DNA of 64,000 nucleotides, taken from a virus. Below, one piece after another: positions 29,901-38,280 of this stretch. The translations under genes and the position numbers were made by a program. The first letter of the stretch is position 1. Every line of letters starts with the position of its first letter. The DNA lies in the IMG/VR virus record IMGVR_UViG_3300025141_012845, positions 11,719-75,718 of that record, one strand, 5' to 3'. Under the pieces are notes generated by a model that was given only the letters and a program-made list of their open reading frames with translations, did not search any database and was not told where the DNA came from.

Positions 29901-32213
29901 GTCGATTCTTTTATACCACTCATCATCGCTGTTCAACTCATTTATCGTCATCGGCCTCGTTGAAGATTCTGCTCTTGCTTTATGTATATTTATTATTTGT
30001 TCATCCGATAAAACTTTCTTAAGTCGCCAGTTTAAGGGCAGTGTCTTAACAACTGCTGCTTCAGTTCCCGGATTCATAACCATATAGCGAGAAGAGTAAG
30101 CATATTTTTTGACAAACACATCTGCCGTCAACTTATCGTCCTTGTTTACTGGAGAAGAGGCTGATCTACCAGATGCTGATTTTACTCTTTGTGCTAAAGT
30201 AGAGTTGGATTCAGCGCTCTGAAAGGCTCCCGGTTTTGGGAAGCCACATGCGGCAGTGATCCTATCTATAACTCCAGGCTCACTGGCAATCTGGTTAATG
30301 CTATACAGGAAAAAGAATGTTCTTAGATAATTGACTTTAAACTTATTCATTTGAAACGGGTCAAATCCGGGGATGTCGCCAAGAATAGCACCAGCCGGCA
30401 CTACTGTGTTCTCATCTGCCAGTGGTCTAGATCCTAACCCTTCCAGTTTAGCAGGTAAAACAAGAAATTCTGGATTGAAATGAACTGTCTTCTCTTCCGC
30501 TGTAGAGTCCTCACTGTCGTGCATAGTCAAGAAAATCTTATCCTGAATTGATAAAAAAGAAGGATTGAGGAAGTTCAGATAGTGATTTACCTGTTGATGT
30601 ATATCAAAAGGAAAAAGGTTGGAAAACATCATCGACTTCATAAGTTCCGCATGATATTCTATCTTATAATCTTTTAATTCGACTCGCAAACTTGCTATTT
30701 TTGCTCTTTGTTTATTTAATTCAACCTGTGATTGAACATTTTTAAGAATCTCGACTCTTTGTTTGATGTCCTTTTCTCTATAGGCGATTTCTTCTTGAAG
30801 GGCCTTCATTGTAATTGATTCAGTTCGAACGTATCGTAGTTGAGGTATTGGGGCGTGATTAGCACTGAAGTCGAAACTTTCCTGGAGGGGTTCTTGTGTG
30901 AGTTCAAAACCGAAAATTATCTTCTTATTGACATTTTTATACAAATCTCCCAAGCCCAAATCTTCTGGATTCTTAAAGGTTCCTTTAAAGGACTCCTCAT
31001 TTAACTTAAAGAACCTATCCATCTTAGTCTTAAAGGCGATAACCTTGTTCGCCTCTTCTTTTAAATCAAGCACAACTCCTTGAGGAAAATTATAAACCCC
31101 TTCTGTACCAAGTAGATCAGGTTGTCCTCCGCCTGCATGAGGGACACCAGCGGCTGCTGGAATATCATCATAATATTCGTACTCTGATTTTTTAAGTTCC
31201 TTGTCAAAATCTAACAAAAGGGCTTGAAGTTCCCCCATAGAGTTTACAAAAGACTGATAACTGTCAAAGGCTATTTCTCTATATTGAACACCTCTTTGTT
31301 CAGGTGGAGGTGGTATGGGCGCTGGTTTGTTCTTTTTCAGAAAATCGGTTATCAGTTCCTCATATACTATCCAGTCAACAATTCTGTCTGGAGGGACCAG
31401 AAAATAGTCCTGCGTGACCGGATCATAATACAGCCCCTCAGCAGATGGTGAAAATCCCACTGCTACAGATGCCGCAATCGCCCCCACTTCTTCTAAAGTT
31501 GGCAAGGGAATAGATTCTTCAATAGCTTGATCTAACGCATTGTACATGCTGGTTATTGTTGACTGCGTAAATTGTACAACCGGCTTATTAATTACAGAAA
31601 GTATCGGACCACTTTCATTTTTTAATGATTCTCTAATCGAGAATTTGGCTGCAAACATCTCAGCATTTTTCAAGTCAGGATGCATATATCTGCTTTCTTC
31701 AGGAGAAACAGCGTCAAGTGATTCGATAAACTGTTTTAAAAATGTAACTTTGAATGCAAATATTCTTTTATCCACATAGTCACCAGCAGACGGTCTTAAA
31801 TGAAATGTTGGGTCTGTAATAGAGACAACTCTTGCCGCATCTCTTGAAACATTCCTCGACGCTTGAGAGTAGTTTCGAAACGGGTTCATACCAATATCGA
31901 ACCCAAAAGGAGTTGCGGAAGTGTTCACCGTGTCGCCTATAACTTCTAGCCCGGTAATATCTGGAGGAACTGAAACTCCGCCTATTTTATTTGCAATCTC
32001 TATCATTTCTTTAGGAACCGATGCCGGGTCTCTTCCGAAATATTTAGACACCCACACAAAAGCGTAAGTTGCCATTTCTTTTTTATTCTGCCATGTCCAG
32101 AACGCTGGATCTGTATCAATCTCATATTCAGATTGATAGTGGAGAGTTATTGAATAGTTTCCGTTCCCATCGATATATGGGGTATTAATTGGTTTATTTC
32201 TCCAATCTGCCAT
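23928..32213 (-). CDS. Giant (2761 aa) acidic hypothetical protein of the baseplate module
   Basis: Uninterrupted ORF between the spike gene and gp25; coiled-coil segment near aa 470-520; no recognised domain. Confidence 0.6.
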   Translation of the reverse strand: MADWRNKPINTPYIDGNGNYSITLHYQSEYEIDTDPAFWTWQNKKEMATYAFVWVSKYFGRDPASVPKEMIEIANKIGGVSVPPDITGLEVIGDTVNTSATPFGFDIGMNPFRNYSQASRNVSRDAARVVSITDPTFHLRPSAGDYVDKRIFAFKVTFLKQFIESLDAVSPEESRYMHPDLKNAEMFAAKFSIRESLKNESGPILSVINKPVVQFTQSTITSMYNALDQAIEESIPLPTLEEVGAIAASVAVGFSPSAEGLYYDPVTQDYFLVPPDRIVDWIVYEELITDFLKKNKPAPIPPPPEQRGVQYREIAFDSYQSFVNSMGELQALLLDFDKELKKSEYEYYDDIPAAAGVPHAGGGQPDLLGTEGVYNFPQGVVLDLKEEANKVIAFKTKMDRFFKLNEESFKGTFKNPEDLGLGDLYKNVNKKIIFGFELTQEPLQESFDFSANHAPIPQLRYVRTESITMKALQEEIAYREKDIKQRVEILKNVQSQVELNKQRAKIASLRVELKDYKIEYHAELMKSMMFSNLFPFDIHQQVNHYLNFLNPSFLSIQDKIFLTMHDSEDSTAEEKTVHFNPEFLVLPAKLEGLGSRPLADENTVVPAGAILGDIPGFDPFQMNKFKVNYLRTFFFLYSINQIASEPGVIDRITAACGFPKPGAFQSAESNSTLAQRVKSASGRSASSPVNKDDKLTADVFVKKYAYSSRYMVMNPGTEAAVVKTLPLNWRLKKVLSDEQIINIHKARAESSTRPMTINELNSDDEWYKRIDVKKVLAKTNKKASDEIGDQLFSALPRRPREIGEVDSITDLFMLVLNKTDIQTIAKEMLACMYLDYSLQDLVEMLCDELLEKAFSPFDGFEALITKAAEEIGLDDVGFYKGKTPEQTFVNFMRAFRSYQVKISAFGESVQVVDGGALYNKMELLFGNWTSRRIDEISGTSFYSNHRRNFDFNEKLFLCEALVYGAIELVNTIIQVFKWAWDYLNGSEEARFERDKIPAFPKCDINFRLPDKLPYLGKILKQLEKKLFETLVKEAEKFITEQVVSQILAWLENCGNSGPQQAGDIDVKTLGLDTSSAEQLFPYLERPEDYLASLFSVFTPGELCQLFQGTATSKLMQDVDIFNRLRFNELYQEYPGIEGIRQLFIDIDGVLDTSVCEFLEDPPCLEDLCDDMEQSLRETKIRAALQRQGYSEDQITLQVAKDRLLQQQDLMGAVEAATDPLKSLKSETNSLMNSAISETPFLKFAGNMATNAILLPLESAVSLDLSNYLGIINQYFEEKWILENGEEIPQDPSQQALITLDGAITSKLDIYDVTFIPPSNPFVEIDLAAPFGHPDTEVLNERYDIATYGGTDFNIRIILPPEITGEASNKTYEIKWIPVKSPDDIGLEPLDQNQLHVMAYATYPNQPFPIPQGPGLPTEQYFSRRIAEAIAHSGGDLEPNDATDTDINGNPVSLPLLKEIGHFAYTDFDLGKYIRATSIGSKLILETKGLNIEESVLEDIKITLSLQIIDPVPAYRYEDYTMQFTQLSSDNWGRKPEHQINMFNIQWLDQRGNNSWVSEGIYDPEGTNFQSDENKGGVYSDIEMVVGADFPGGIVQWVDENKCAEYVLLRNQLSDRLYVDFQNSAAALSVTDKSPDVLPGTYYQKESIESFLDITSMARLWTAMKHSGLNEIVKLLEGSFENLKQYQTLDLENSGIFPIEQLKKISQEAVSVYLQKTDFADPDSNPSAIGDSVQEALIYCVIAFLILEMIVYAPSFSSQVSLEDIFSESQLMNEFLKTVFQEDDQISKFNKKIFEKYAISERINIDTIRKTLLEGIDKKIAKALGLPAPPEGAVSAPNSLLKIYNSTKGLLVMDAPSRNTRLYNPGDFTAFDADDATEILQENFNIKTRISRLWTNNVDADKVKDKGQWWHLKAPEAGDEVLGGWSNQWFEIGDEVESSILDTYEQLLGDEGQPGRFIFETYAKVPTAWLYGDFPVYYTSFPEGDSIYGKPHSLKEEENMTIPDTEKVIVGFPEFKRIIISKLLQAVEEKGGTFNESEWETFFKNTFDFYNFYPSMQANQGEGSEAGSIDTLQPVAWYSTQEFTITNAIDGKKSDSNPRPFFYAAPFVYDSETGEHAGKLSAYLDGPQVGKSPYDFALDTEVDEGGIYEWNHKPINPATGKVVTNAAYSTPSVFNPKTVMSRGLMTDDSEMLRISVQEVYKGDGDEWMGVVGTDAGPEDRYLPSGDVLPIGDCRNDPHWGTATGDNESANSVDVGFWRINATNWRNDSDYHNGLMYGLLTTFHQLSTGSDPWYFPGETYPYGPWIQREGDMTVSGYVLDTVVGNGGKWTLNNAILSHWAKIDIGETKSFKFMDINHPSLELYFNEDCGVKSVKPSYKVVTSTIKVPSIVRVVPGEKVSLITKKSPDESQYITPELPGLTVEGMKKAGIKWPEASTTADKKKTKYFAKVGGDYVWDNDSEIVIVETQPVKIHKIYEIRKEDQDLLEQKSVELLDEGTDNPSPVLMDDFLSDVDFGVRISYVLSDAQIVNDTYLSDDEMLYKKFVMDPMLPEFDNGQILPIGVDASAADASKVLLKGLEAVKSYNFVLKEPSYYNQPESQGINQSGEAMQEKINEKLWQPSSASGESAKIRTLPLASFEMQSPPGGIMKALDHYPLFIGDVSNVEMANNPFLFRGWGRETYESLIEGLRETEEYKNLIENILELKTGAAIMLLSTMGKFKENFEEVPEFEEKIMSNAQAYLDTMIEYINKYPYGKTELDDSDFN

Positions 32214-32221
32214 TTTGCCCC

Positions 32222-33169
32222 TTAGTTCGTGTTATTATTCTTACTTAATATAAAGTCAAAACACTTTGGCGTAAACATGTTTGATTTATACATAATAAGG
32301 TTTGTTTTTGTATTAACAGTGGACATCACAGTGTCAGATGCCATATTAAATAATTCTTGCGGTATTGTCGTTATAATTTTGTTAGTTTGTGGATTTATGA
32401 AGGCAATGGAAGGACTTGTTACTCCGCCCACACCAGCAAACGGATGCGTATGGCTTAAAATTGCATTATTAAGCATACTTTGATCCAAATTTGTTTGCAT
32501 TTGTGCTCTCACAAAAGAAGCAAAGGTCTCAACGATTGCGTTTACGTACTCTACAAGACTTTCGAGTGCGTCAACTAGATTATCTCCAAGAACAAGAGGT
32601 TGTAAGTTAGCATCGTCGTTTCCGGCTATTAAATCGATTCCTGCCCTGCTTTTTATCTTTGCTCCTTTGGAATTAAACCCATCTGTTGAGGTTACAAGCT
32701 TGATCCCCTCTCTGCCGACTACCCTCACAACATCGGCTTTAATTCCAATACCCGCTCTAGCAAGCGGTTTGCCGGTTGTTCCATCGCAAAGATTAAAGTT
32801 CTCATCAATGTCTGTTTTTTGGCTGATATAGATTCTTGCAGCGTCCGCTTTAAAGTTTGGGTCACACCAGTGATTTGGTGTTGCATTTACCATTTGCTGC
32901 TTTCCAACAACCAAATCAATTGCTCCTGCACTAAAGTCTCCTCTTCCTCCAAATCCAGACGAACGATTACCGGGCCTGTCTTTTGTTAAAATTATCCAGG
33001 CATCGTGTCCGTTATTCAAGGTTTTCTCCCAAGAAGCTTTAATATGGTTTGGTTGATATTCCGTCTCCGACTGGATGATAAGTTTATCATCTTCAGACAT
33101 TGCTGATCTGTCTTTTTGAGTTTTAGAATCTAAACTACCTAAATTGACGGCTTTAATCTCGTCTGCCAT
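32222..33169 (-). CDS. Baseplate central spike-like protein (gp5 C-terminal/gpV-like)
   Basis: Beta-rich GIGIKADVVRVVGREGIKLVT, QPLVLGDNLV..L and a distal HTHP metal-binding motif; position upstream of gp25. Confidence 0.6.
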   Translation of the reverse strand: MADEIKAVNLGSLDSKTQKDRSAMSEDDKLIIQSETEYQPNHIKASWEKTLNNGHDAWIILTKDRPGNRSSGFGGRGDFSAGAIDLVVGKQQMVNATPNHWCDPNFKADAARIYISQKTDIDENFNLCDGTTGKPLARAGIGIKADVVRVVGREGIKLVTSTDGFNSKGAKIKSRAGIDLIAGNDDANLQPLVLGDNLVDALESLVEYVNAIVETFASFVRAQMQTNLDQSMLNNAILSHTHPFAGVGGVTSPSIAFINPQTNKIITTIPQELFNMASDTVMSTVNTKTNLIMYKSNMFTPKCFDFILSKNNNTN

Positions 33170-33230
33170 TTTTTTCTTTAACCTCTATAACTTGTTATAA
33201 ATATCTTAAAATCTCAAATTTGCAACAAAC

Positions 33231-34634
33231 TCAAGCATTTAAGTTTTCTGGTAAAGAAGTTGTTACGGCTCCTGTTCTTATTGCATCCTTTAATAGATCG
33301 TAAGATTCTTGAGGAAGATAGCCCCTTGCTCTACATATACAATAATAATGTGTGGCTAAACCATCTTTATAGGATTTTAAAAACTTGCCCCTTGAAATCA
33401 AGCCAGTGGGCCTATCCGCCATATCCCTATCATAACCCCAAACAAATCTTTCAGATGTCACGTTTAGCATTAAATCTATCGAAGGATATTTCTTCTGTAA
33501 TTCTAAAAGTAGAGAATACGCCGCTTCATGCTGCTGCATTGGGGGATTTCGATATTCTTTATATCTGTTAAACTCGACTTGAAAAACGTTTTCATCATCT
33601 ATTTCTCTGCAAACAGGGGCTCCATTGAAAACTTCAGCACTGTCCTCGCCAGAACACCTTCTTACTCTGTTTATTATTTCGATACCAACCGATCTTCCAT
33701 CGACGCCATAATTTGTTTTTGGTTTTCCACCCGAATGAAAAGTAACTCTAGTTTTGGGATCTTCATGTTGCACTATTGTTCCATCTGTTCCGATACTGAA
33801 ATGTACTGATAACTTCTTTCCGTCAAGAACTCTTCTCAACTCTTCTCGACCACCACTTTTTAAATCGGGAGTTTTCTTTGCGTAAGTTTCGCTTTCTGTT
33901 AAAACAACAGTATCTATTTCTTGAATACTTACAGGTTTTCCCCCATTTGAGTTTGTAACGGAGGCACTCCTATCTACAGCGTGCTTAAATGGCTCTCCAA
34001 TTTCGACTTCTAGACCACTCGGTGTCGACATCTTTTCTCCAACTTTCGGCGCTTGAGGTAATTCCGTTTGATTTTCTGGTGGTTTTGTGGCTGCTTGTGA
34101 AGACTTTGCTAAATGAGAGTTGTTGTACGTATCTTGCCAAAGATTTCTTGGAGTTGGAACAATTCCAATAAAGTGGACAGTGTCATCTACCATCGTAACT
34201 TTTATAACTGTTTTTGGCTTTAAGCGTCCAGCAACAGCCTCCTCAAGAATATTATCTACTCTTGGATGTCTAGCGATCTCATCCCAAGAGGAAATAGGAT
34301 CGTGACCGCTTTCATCGGTTGGATGAAAGATGTCGTCAGTTATTGGAATATATTTAGGAGGGTCAGGCATTCCTTTATATCTTGGTACTCGGATATAGGC
34401 AGATAGATGTCTCTGATTAGATTCTGAATCTACAAATATTTTTGAAGCCAAAACCACTGCATTAAAGGTTGTTTTTGCCGCCTTACTATAACTCACAGAA
34501 TATGACTCGGCGGAATCGTTTATAACTTTTACAGGATCTGTATCGCCATATCTGCTATATACTCCTCCATACTCATCGTCATAAATCCTTGGATTCAGAG
34601 CCTCTGCTGGTGGATCTACATACAGTTGTGCCAT
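33231..34634 (-). CDS. Baseplate hub-like protein with a degenerate C-terminal Amidase_2 (N-acetylmuramoyl-L-alanine amidase) domain
   Basis: SVHFSIGTDGTIVQH...TFHSGG...RSVGIEIIN is the Amidase_2 core; the two Zn-ligand His positions appear substituted. Confidence 0.7.
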   Translation of the reverse strand: MAQLYVDPPAEALNPRIYDDEYGGVYSRYGDTDPVKVINDSAESYSVSYSKAAKTTFNAVVLASKIFVDSESNQRHLSAYIRVPRYKGMPDPPKYIPITDDIFHPTDESGHDPISSWDEIARHPRVDNILEEAVAGRLKPKTVIKVTMVDDTVHFIGIVPTPRNLWQDTYNNSHLAKSSQAATKPPENQTELPQAPKVGEKMSTPSGLEVEIGEPFKHAVDRSASVTNSNGGKPVSIQEIDTVVLTESETYAKKTPDLKSGGREELRRVLDGKKLSVHFSIGTDGTIVQHEDPKTRVTFHSGGKPKTNYGVDGRSVGIEIINRVRRCSGEDSAEVFNGAPVCREIDDENVFQVEFNRYKEYRNPPMQQHEAAYSLLLELQKKYPSIDLMLNVTSERFVWGYDRDMADRPTGLISRGKFLKSYKDGLATHYYCICRARGYLPQESYDLLKDAIRTGAVTTSLPENLNA

Positions 34635-34918
34635 TATTCTTCACCTTGAATAAGGTCGAATAATTCTTCTTTATCGCTTGAGGTCAGTCCCTGCTCTTTA
34701 GTCTCCCTCTTTTGCAGCAAAGCCGCAATCTTAACTAATTGTTCGTTCGACCTTTGAAGAGTCTCTACATACTTTGCTGCAATTGGGCCTACCTCTTTAT
34801 GCTGTAAGTCGTTTTTAGATAATAAAATCATAACGTCCTCTAAAAGAGATTTAGTAACTTCTCTATCGTTATTGATGTTATTGATTGCATCCTCTAAATA
34901 GCGATCAAGATCTTTCAT
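34634..34918 (-). CDS. Conserved helical hypothetical protein
   Basis: 94 aa; AKYVETLQRSNEQLVKIAAL; GAGG ribosome-binding site; coupled to the next gene. Confidence 0.7.
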   Translation of the reverse strand: MKDLDRYLEDAINNINNDREVTKSLLEDVMILLSKNDLQHKEVGPIAAKYVETLQRSNEQLVKIAALLQKRETKEQGLTSSDKEELFDLIQGEE

Positions 34919-34957
34919 AATTGTACCTCTTTGATTTCGTTAATAATTAGAATAAGT

Positions 34958-35662
34958 CTATATTTTTCCTTCGTTCCAGTCGGACTTAAAGTTTCTATAC
35001 CTTGCTCTTAATTTGTTGAGACTACTAACAACTTGCTTCGTATTTAAGCCCGTTAATTCTCTGAGATAGAGATAAACTGCCTTCTTGTTAAAGATTTCAA
35101 TGTCTTCCGAACTATTAAAAAGAACGTCCACTGCTTGAAGAACCTTTCTTTCATTTTGCTTAAGAGTCTCCTCATGCCAAGACGACATCTCATCTTTTAA
35201 AAACTTCCAAAACTCTTTATATTCTCTATTGGAGACATATCCCTCATCCTCCATACACAAGTGTCTTTGATGTGACGCCTTAGAAACTGCATCAAACTGG
35301 ATCTCTCTTCTCATTGCTGTGGAACACTTCTTAACCTTATGTATAAACCAGTTTTTAGTTATAACGCTGAAATATGAAAAGGCTTTCGATCCTTTGTCAG
35401 GGTCATATTTGTCCAATATTGTGGTGAGCCACATCTTACACTCTTCCATAAGAACATCTATATTTGGAAGACTAGAGAACTTGTATGTATAAACAATCTT
35501 ATTCACCAATTCATTAAATGCTGGCTGTATGAGATCTATATATAGTTTTTGTTTCTCGTCTCTGTCGTCGGATCGTGCGTACTTTACAATTGCATCTTCA
35601 TGATCTTTTGTAAAATAATGTCTACTATTTTTCTTTCTTCTTCTAGTCTTCGGTTTCGTCAT
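34958..35662 (-). CDS. Phage late-transcription sigma factor (gp55-like)
   Basis: YFTKDHEDAIVKY...KYDPDKGSKAFSYFSVITKNWFI resembles sigma region 2 of T4-like gp55 proteins; C-terminal HTH-like LRELTGLNTKQVVSSLNKLR. Confidence 0.72.
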   Translation of the reverse strand: MTKPKTRRRKKNSRHYFTKDHEDAIVKYARSDDRDEKQKLYIDLIQPAFNELVNKIVYTYKFSSLPNIDVLMEECKMWLTTILDKYDPDKGSKAFSYFSVITKNWFIHKVKKCSTAMRREIQFDAVSKASHQRHLCMEDEGYVSNREYKEFWKFLKDEMSSWHEETLKQNERKVLQAVDVLFNSSEDIEIFNKKAVYLYLRELTGLNTKQVVSSLNKLRARYRNFKSDWNEGKI

Positions 35663-35957
35663 CTATTTCATCCTCTAGTTCTAATTCTTTTGTTAAGTCA
35701 AGAATATTCTCGTATTGATCAAACTCCACCAAAAGCTCTTTTGAATGTCTAATAAGATTCTGTAAAGTCTCGTCGCCATAAAATGTTTCGAGAGAGTGAA
35801 CTCCTTCAAGATGAGATGAAAATTCATCAATATCTTCAAAAAGATCTCCCATAGTTTCCGAGACAAACAACAGGTCCCGAATTATCTTTCTCAAATACCA
35901 CAACAACAGTATATTCAGAGATATTGATACAACAGATATGATTATTATCGTAATCAT
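35643..35957 (-). CDS. Small membrane-anchored protein
   Basis: N-terminal hydrophobic helix followed by an acidic cytoplasmic region. Confidence 0.65.
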   Translation of the reverse strand: MITIIIISVVSISLNILLLWYLRKIIRDLLFVSETMGDLFEDIDEFSSHLEGVHSLETFYGDETLQNLIRHSKELLVEFDQYENILDLTKELELEDEIDDETED

Positions 35958-36211
35958 GTTTTATGTTCTTCCTTCATACGTTGTTTTTCTTTTTCGACTT
36001 CTTTTTTTGTAGATTTAATATATTCTTTAACAATAGATCCAGGCTTTTGTTTATTTTGCTTGGAGTCCGTTTTTGTTGTAAATGTAGAGTACACCTTTTT
36101 AAGGCATCCCGTATTATTACAAAATTTGCATCTCTCTAAACGCTCGTTTATAGAATGCACTGCTGAAAATTCCTTTTCACAGTTCTTACAGTGATATTGA
36201 TATATCGGCAT
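35954..36211 (-). CDS. FmdB-family zinc-ribbon protein
   Basis: MPIYQYHCKNC...CKFC signature. Confidence 0.85.
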   Translation of the reverse strand: MPIYQYHCKNCEKEFSAVHSINERLERCKFCNNTGCLKKVYSTFTTKTDSKQNKQKPGSIVKEYIKSTKKEVEKEKQRMKEEHKT

Positions 36212-36474
36212 CAGTCAGTTTCTAATGCCTGTTCTAAAACATCGGCGTCGTCGTGATCCAGTTTAACTGTTGGTGGATTTAAAACAACCAAATCGCCCTG
36301 ATTGTCTACAAATTTAAAACCTTTCAAAACAGGTACAATATCACTCTGCTCTAAAAGAGATTTTTGCAGTGCCATCATGACGGCTCCTAAAGCCTGATCA
36401 GAAAGGTGCATCTCCTTTAACTGTTCTTTTTTTTCCTCACCAATGTTTAAAACATTAAATTCTTCGTTACTCAT
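36211..36474 (-). CDS. Hypothetical protein
   Basis: 87 aa, tightly coupled to neighbours, GGAG ribosome-binding site. Confidence 0.65.
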   Translation of the reverse strand: MSNEEFNVLNIGEEKKEQLKEMHLSDQALGAVMMALQKSLLEQSDIVPVLKGFKFVDNQGDLVVLNPPTVKLDHDDADVLEQALETD

Positions 36475-36475
36475 T

Positions 36476-36847
36476 TTAATCTCCTTTTATAACTCTATAA
36501 GAATCGCTATCGTAATGCTCCGTAGAAAACTCAAACAATTCTGAATCTTCCAATGCGAGCATCTGATGTCGTAGACCCGGATAGATATAAAAATTCTGCC
36601 CAGGTTCTAAAATAATTTCTTCTGCCAAATCTATGTCATCATAGTTTGAATACTTTACCAAAAGTTTACCAGACTGTAGATAGAACACTTCGTCCTTTAT
36701 CTTATGATGATGCCAAGAGCATTTCTTGCCCTTTTCAAAGAACAAGAGTTTGCCGCAATATTCTTCCTTGTTGACAATCCATAATTCATGCCCCCACCCT
36801 TTTTTAACAAATTTCATTTCCGGTGTCTTATTTGCTGAAGAAGTCAT
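36476..36847 (-). CDS. Cupin-domain sugar isomerase-like protein
   Basis: KGWGHELWIVN..YCGK...SWHHHKIKDEVFY...PGLRHQM metal-binding cupin motifs. Confidence 0.8.
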   Translation of the reverse strand: MTSSANKTPEMKFVKKGWGHELWIVNKEEYCGKLLFFEKGKKCSWHHHKIKDEVFYLQSGKLLVKYSNYDDIDLAEEIILEPGQNFYIYPGLRHQMLALEDSELFEFSTEHYDSDSYRVIKGD

Positions 36848-37157
36848 CGGCGTTAACCCCCTTATCGTCTATAAAATAGTCTGATTCTACTTTGCCAAGA
36901 TGTAGTTCATGAAACTTAACGCCCCATTCTTTTAACTGATTATATGTAAGTGTATAGAACAATGCATACGCAGCTTCTCTATTGTTGTTGGTTCGGCCCA
37001 TTCCTCTAGCAGTTAAAAATTTAATATGGTGTCCTTGTTCATATAGTTTATTGACCTCATCAATCCTATCTCGAATCGGTTCGGAGCCGGTATAATCATC
37101 ACTTGACGATTCTCCAGATGTACAAATCGTACCATCTATATCAAACACATATATCAC
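36828..37157 (-). CDS. Capless HAD-superfamily phosphatase (capsule-biosynthesis type)
   Basis: FDIDGTIC motif I, LTARG motif II, GK...FIDDK motifs III/IV. Confidence 0.85.
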   Translation of the reverse strand: MIYVFDIDGTICTSGESSSDDYTGSEPIRDRIDEVNKLYEQGHHIKFLTARGMGRTNNNREAAYALFYTLTYNQLKEWGVKFHELHLGKVESDYFIDDKGVNADDFFSK

Positions 37158-37546
37158 TTGTTATTCTCCAATATCTTTGTAGTTGAATACTCATCTATTC
37201 TATCAAAAAAAAGAACTTCTCCAGCATGTTCGGACCCAACAACCTTCTTGCCTCTCCAGTCGGAACCTACAATCATTATATCAGGAAAGTTATCTTTTAT
37301 TAAGTTTTCTAATTGTTCTGCTGAATTAAACACTAAAACTTCGTCAACATATTTAATAGACTCTAAAATAAACTTTCTGTCTTCAGATCTATTAAACGGT
37401 CTTGATTCTCCCTTATCTTTTTTTACCTTACTATCGGAGTCGATCCCTATAACTAGTCTATCTCCCAATGATTTTGCATACTTAAATAATTCAATGTGTC
37501 CTCTATGTAAGATGTCAAAACATCCATTTGTCCAAATCGTTTTCAT
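37154..37546 (-). CDS. Adenylyl/cytidylyltransferase (RfaE domain II/HldC or TagD-like)
   Basis: TNGCFDILHRGH (HxGH), VGSDW, STTKI. Confidence 0.88.
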   Translation of the reverse strand: MKTIWTNGCFDILHRGHIELFKYAKSLGDRLVIGIDSDSKVKKDKGESRPFNRSEDRKFILESIKYVDEVLVFNSAEQLENLIKDNFPDIMIVGSDWRGKKVVGSEHAGEVLFFDRIDEYSTTKILENNK

Positions 37547-38274
37547 GTTGTACCAACTCCTCTTTTCTGAACAACAACACTAGCACACTGATTTGCGAAC
37601 TCAATTGATTTTTCTATATCTCCAGTTTCAGTATATTTCACAGACAATGCTGAAACAAAGGTGTCCCCTGCTCCCGATGTGTCTTTAACCTCAACTTCTG
37701 AAACTGGGTATAGAACCTCATTGTACCGACAGCCCTTTGGACCCAAAGTTACAATTAGTTTTTTTATCATCTCCTCGCTGAGACTGTCTTTTGTTCTTCT
37801 ATATTCCTCTTCGTTTATCTTTATAAACCTTGCCTTTTCGCACCATGCGCCCAATCTTTTCTTGGTATCGAGAAACACTACATCATGCTTACTTGTCACA
37901 TACTCTATATCATCCTCAGATAAGAACCCCTTATTATAATCAGATATTACAACAGAATCGTACTTGCTAAACTTTATTAATTTAAGTTTTGAGCGCCCAT
38001 ACGATTCGTCTCCCTGATCAAGCCTCATAAACATGTGGTTTGACCTTAAATCGATAAATCTTGTTTTAGTTATATTCTGCCAATTACTGTTTGTGTGTAT
38101 GTTAGCATCAGCACCAAGCGCTTGAATGTTTCTTTGAACATTCATTGCCATTCCTGGATTCTCAACTGTACGAACTGGATTGAAAACAGGGACTGGTGCT
38201 TCTGGACAGAGCCTGGTGCAGCGACCATAATTAAACACGTCTTTACAACTTTCCCCTATTACAAGAATTTTCAT
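37543..38274 (-). CDS. PfkB-family sugar kinase (RfaE domain I/HldA-like)
   Basis: RLCPEAPVPV, ISDYNKG, DTSGAGDTF, AN..A..VVQKRG. Confidence 0.88.
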   Translation of the reverse strand: MKILVIGESCKDVFNYGRCTRLCPEAPVPVFNPVRTVENPGMAMNVQRNIQALGADANIHTNSNWQNITKTRFIDLRSNHMFMRLDQGDESYGRSKLKLIKFSKYDSVVISDYNKGFLSEDDIEYVTSKHDVVFLDTKKRLGAWCEKARFIKINEEEYRRTKDSLSEEMIKKLIVTLGPKGCRYNEVLYPVSEVEVKDTSGAGDTFVSALSVKYTETGDIEKSIEFANQCASVVVQKRGVGTT

Positions 38275-38280
38275 TGCTGT

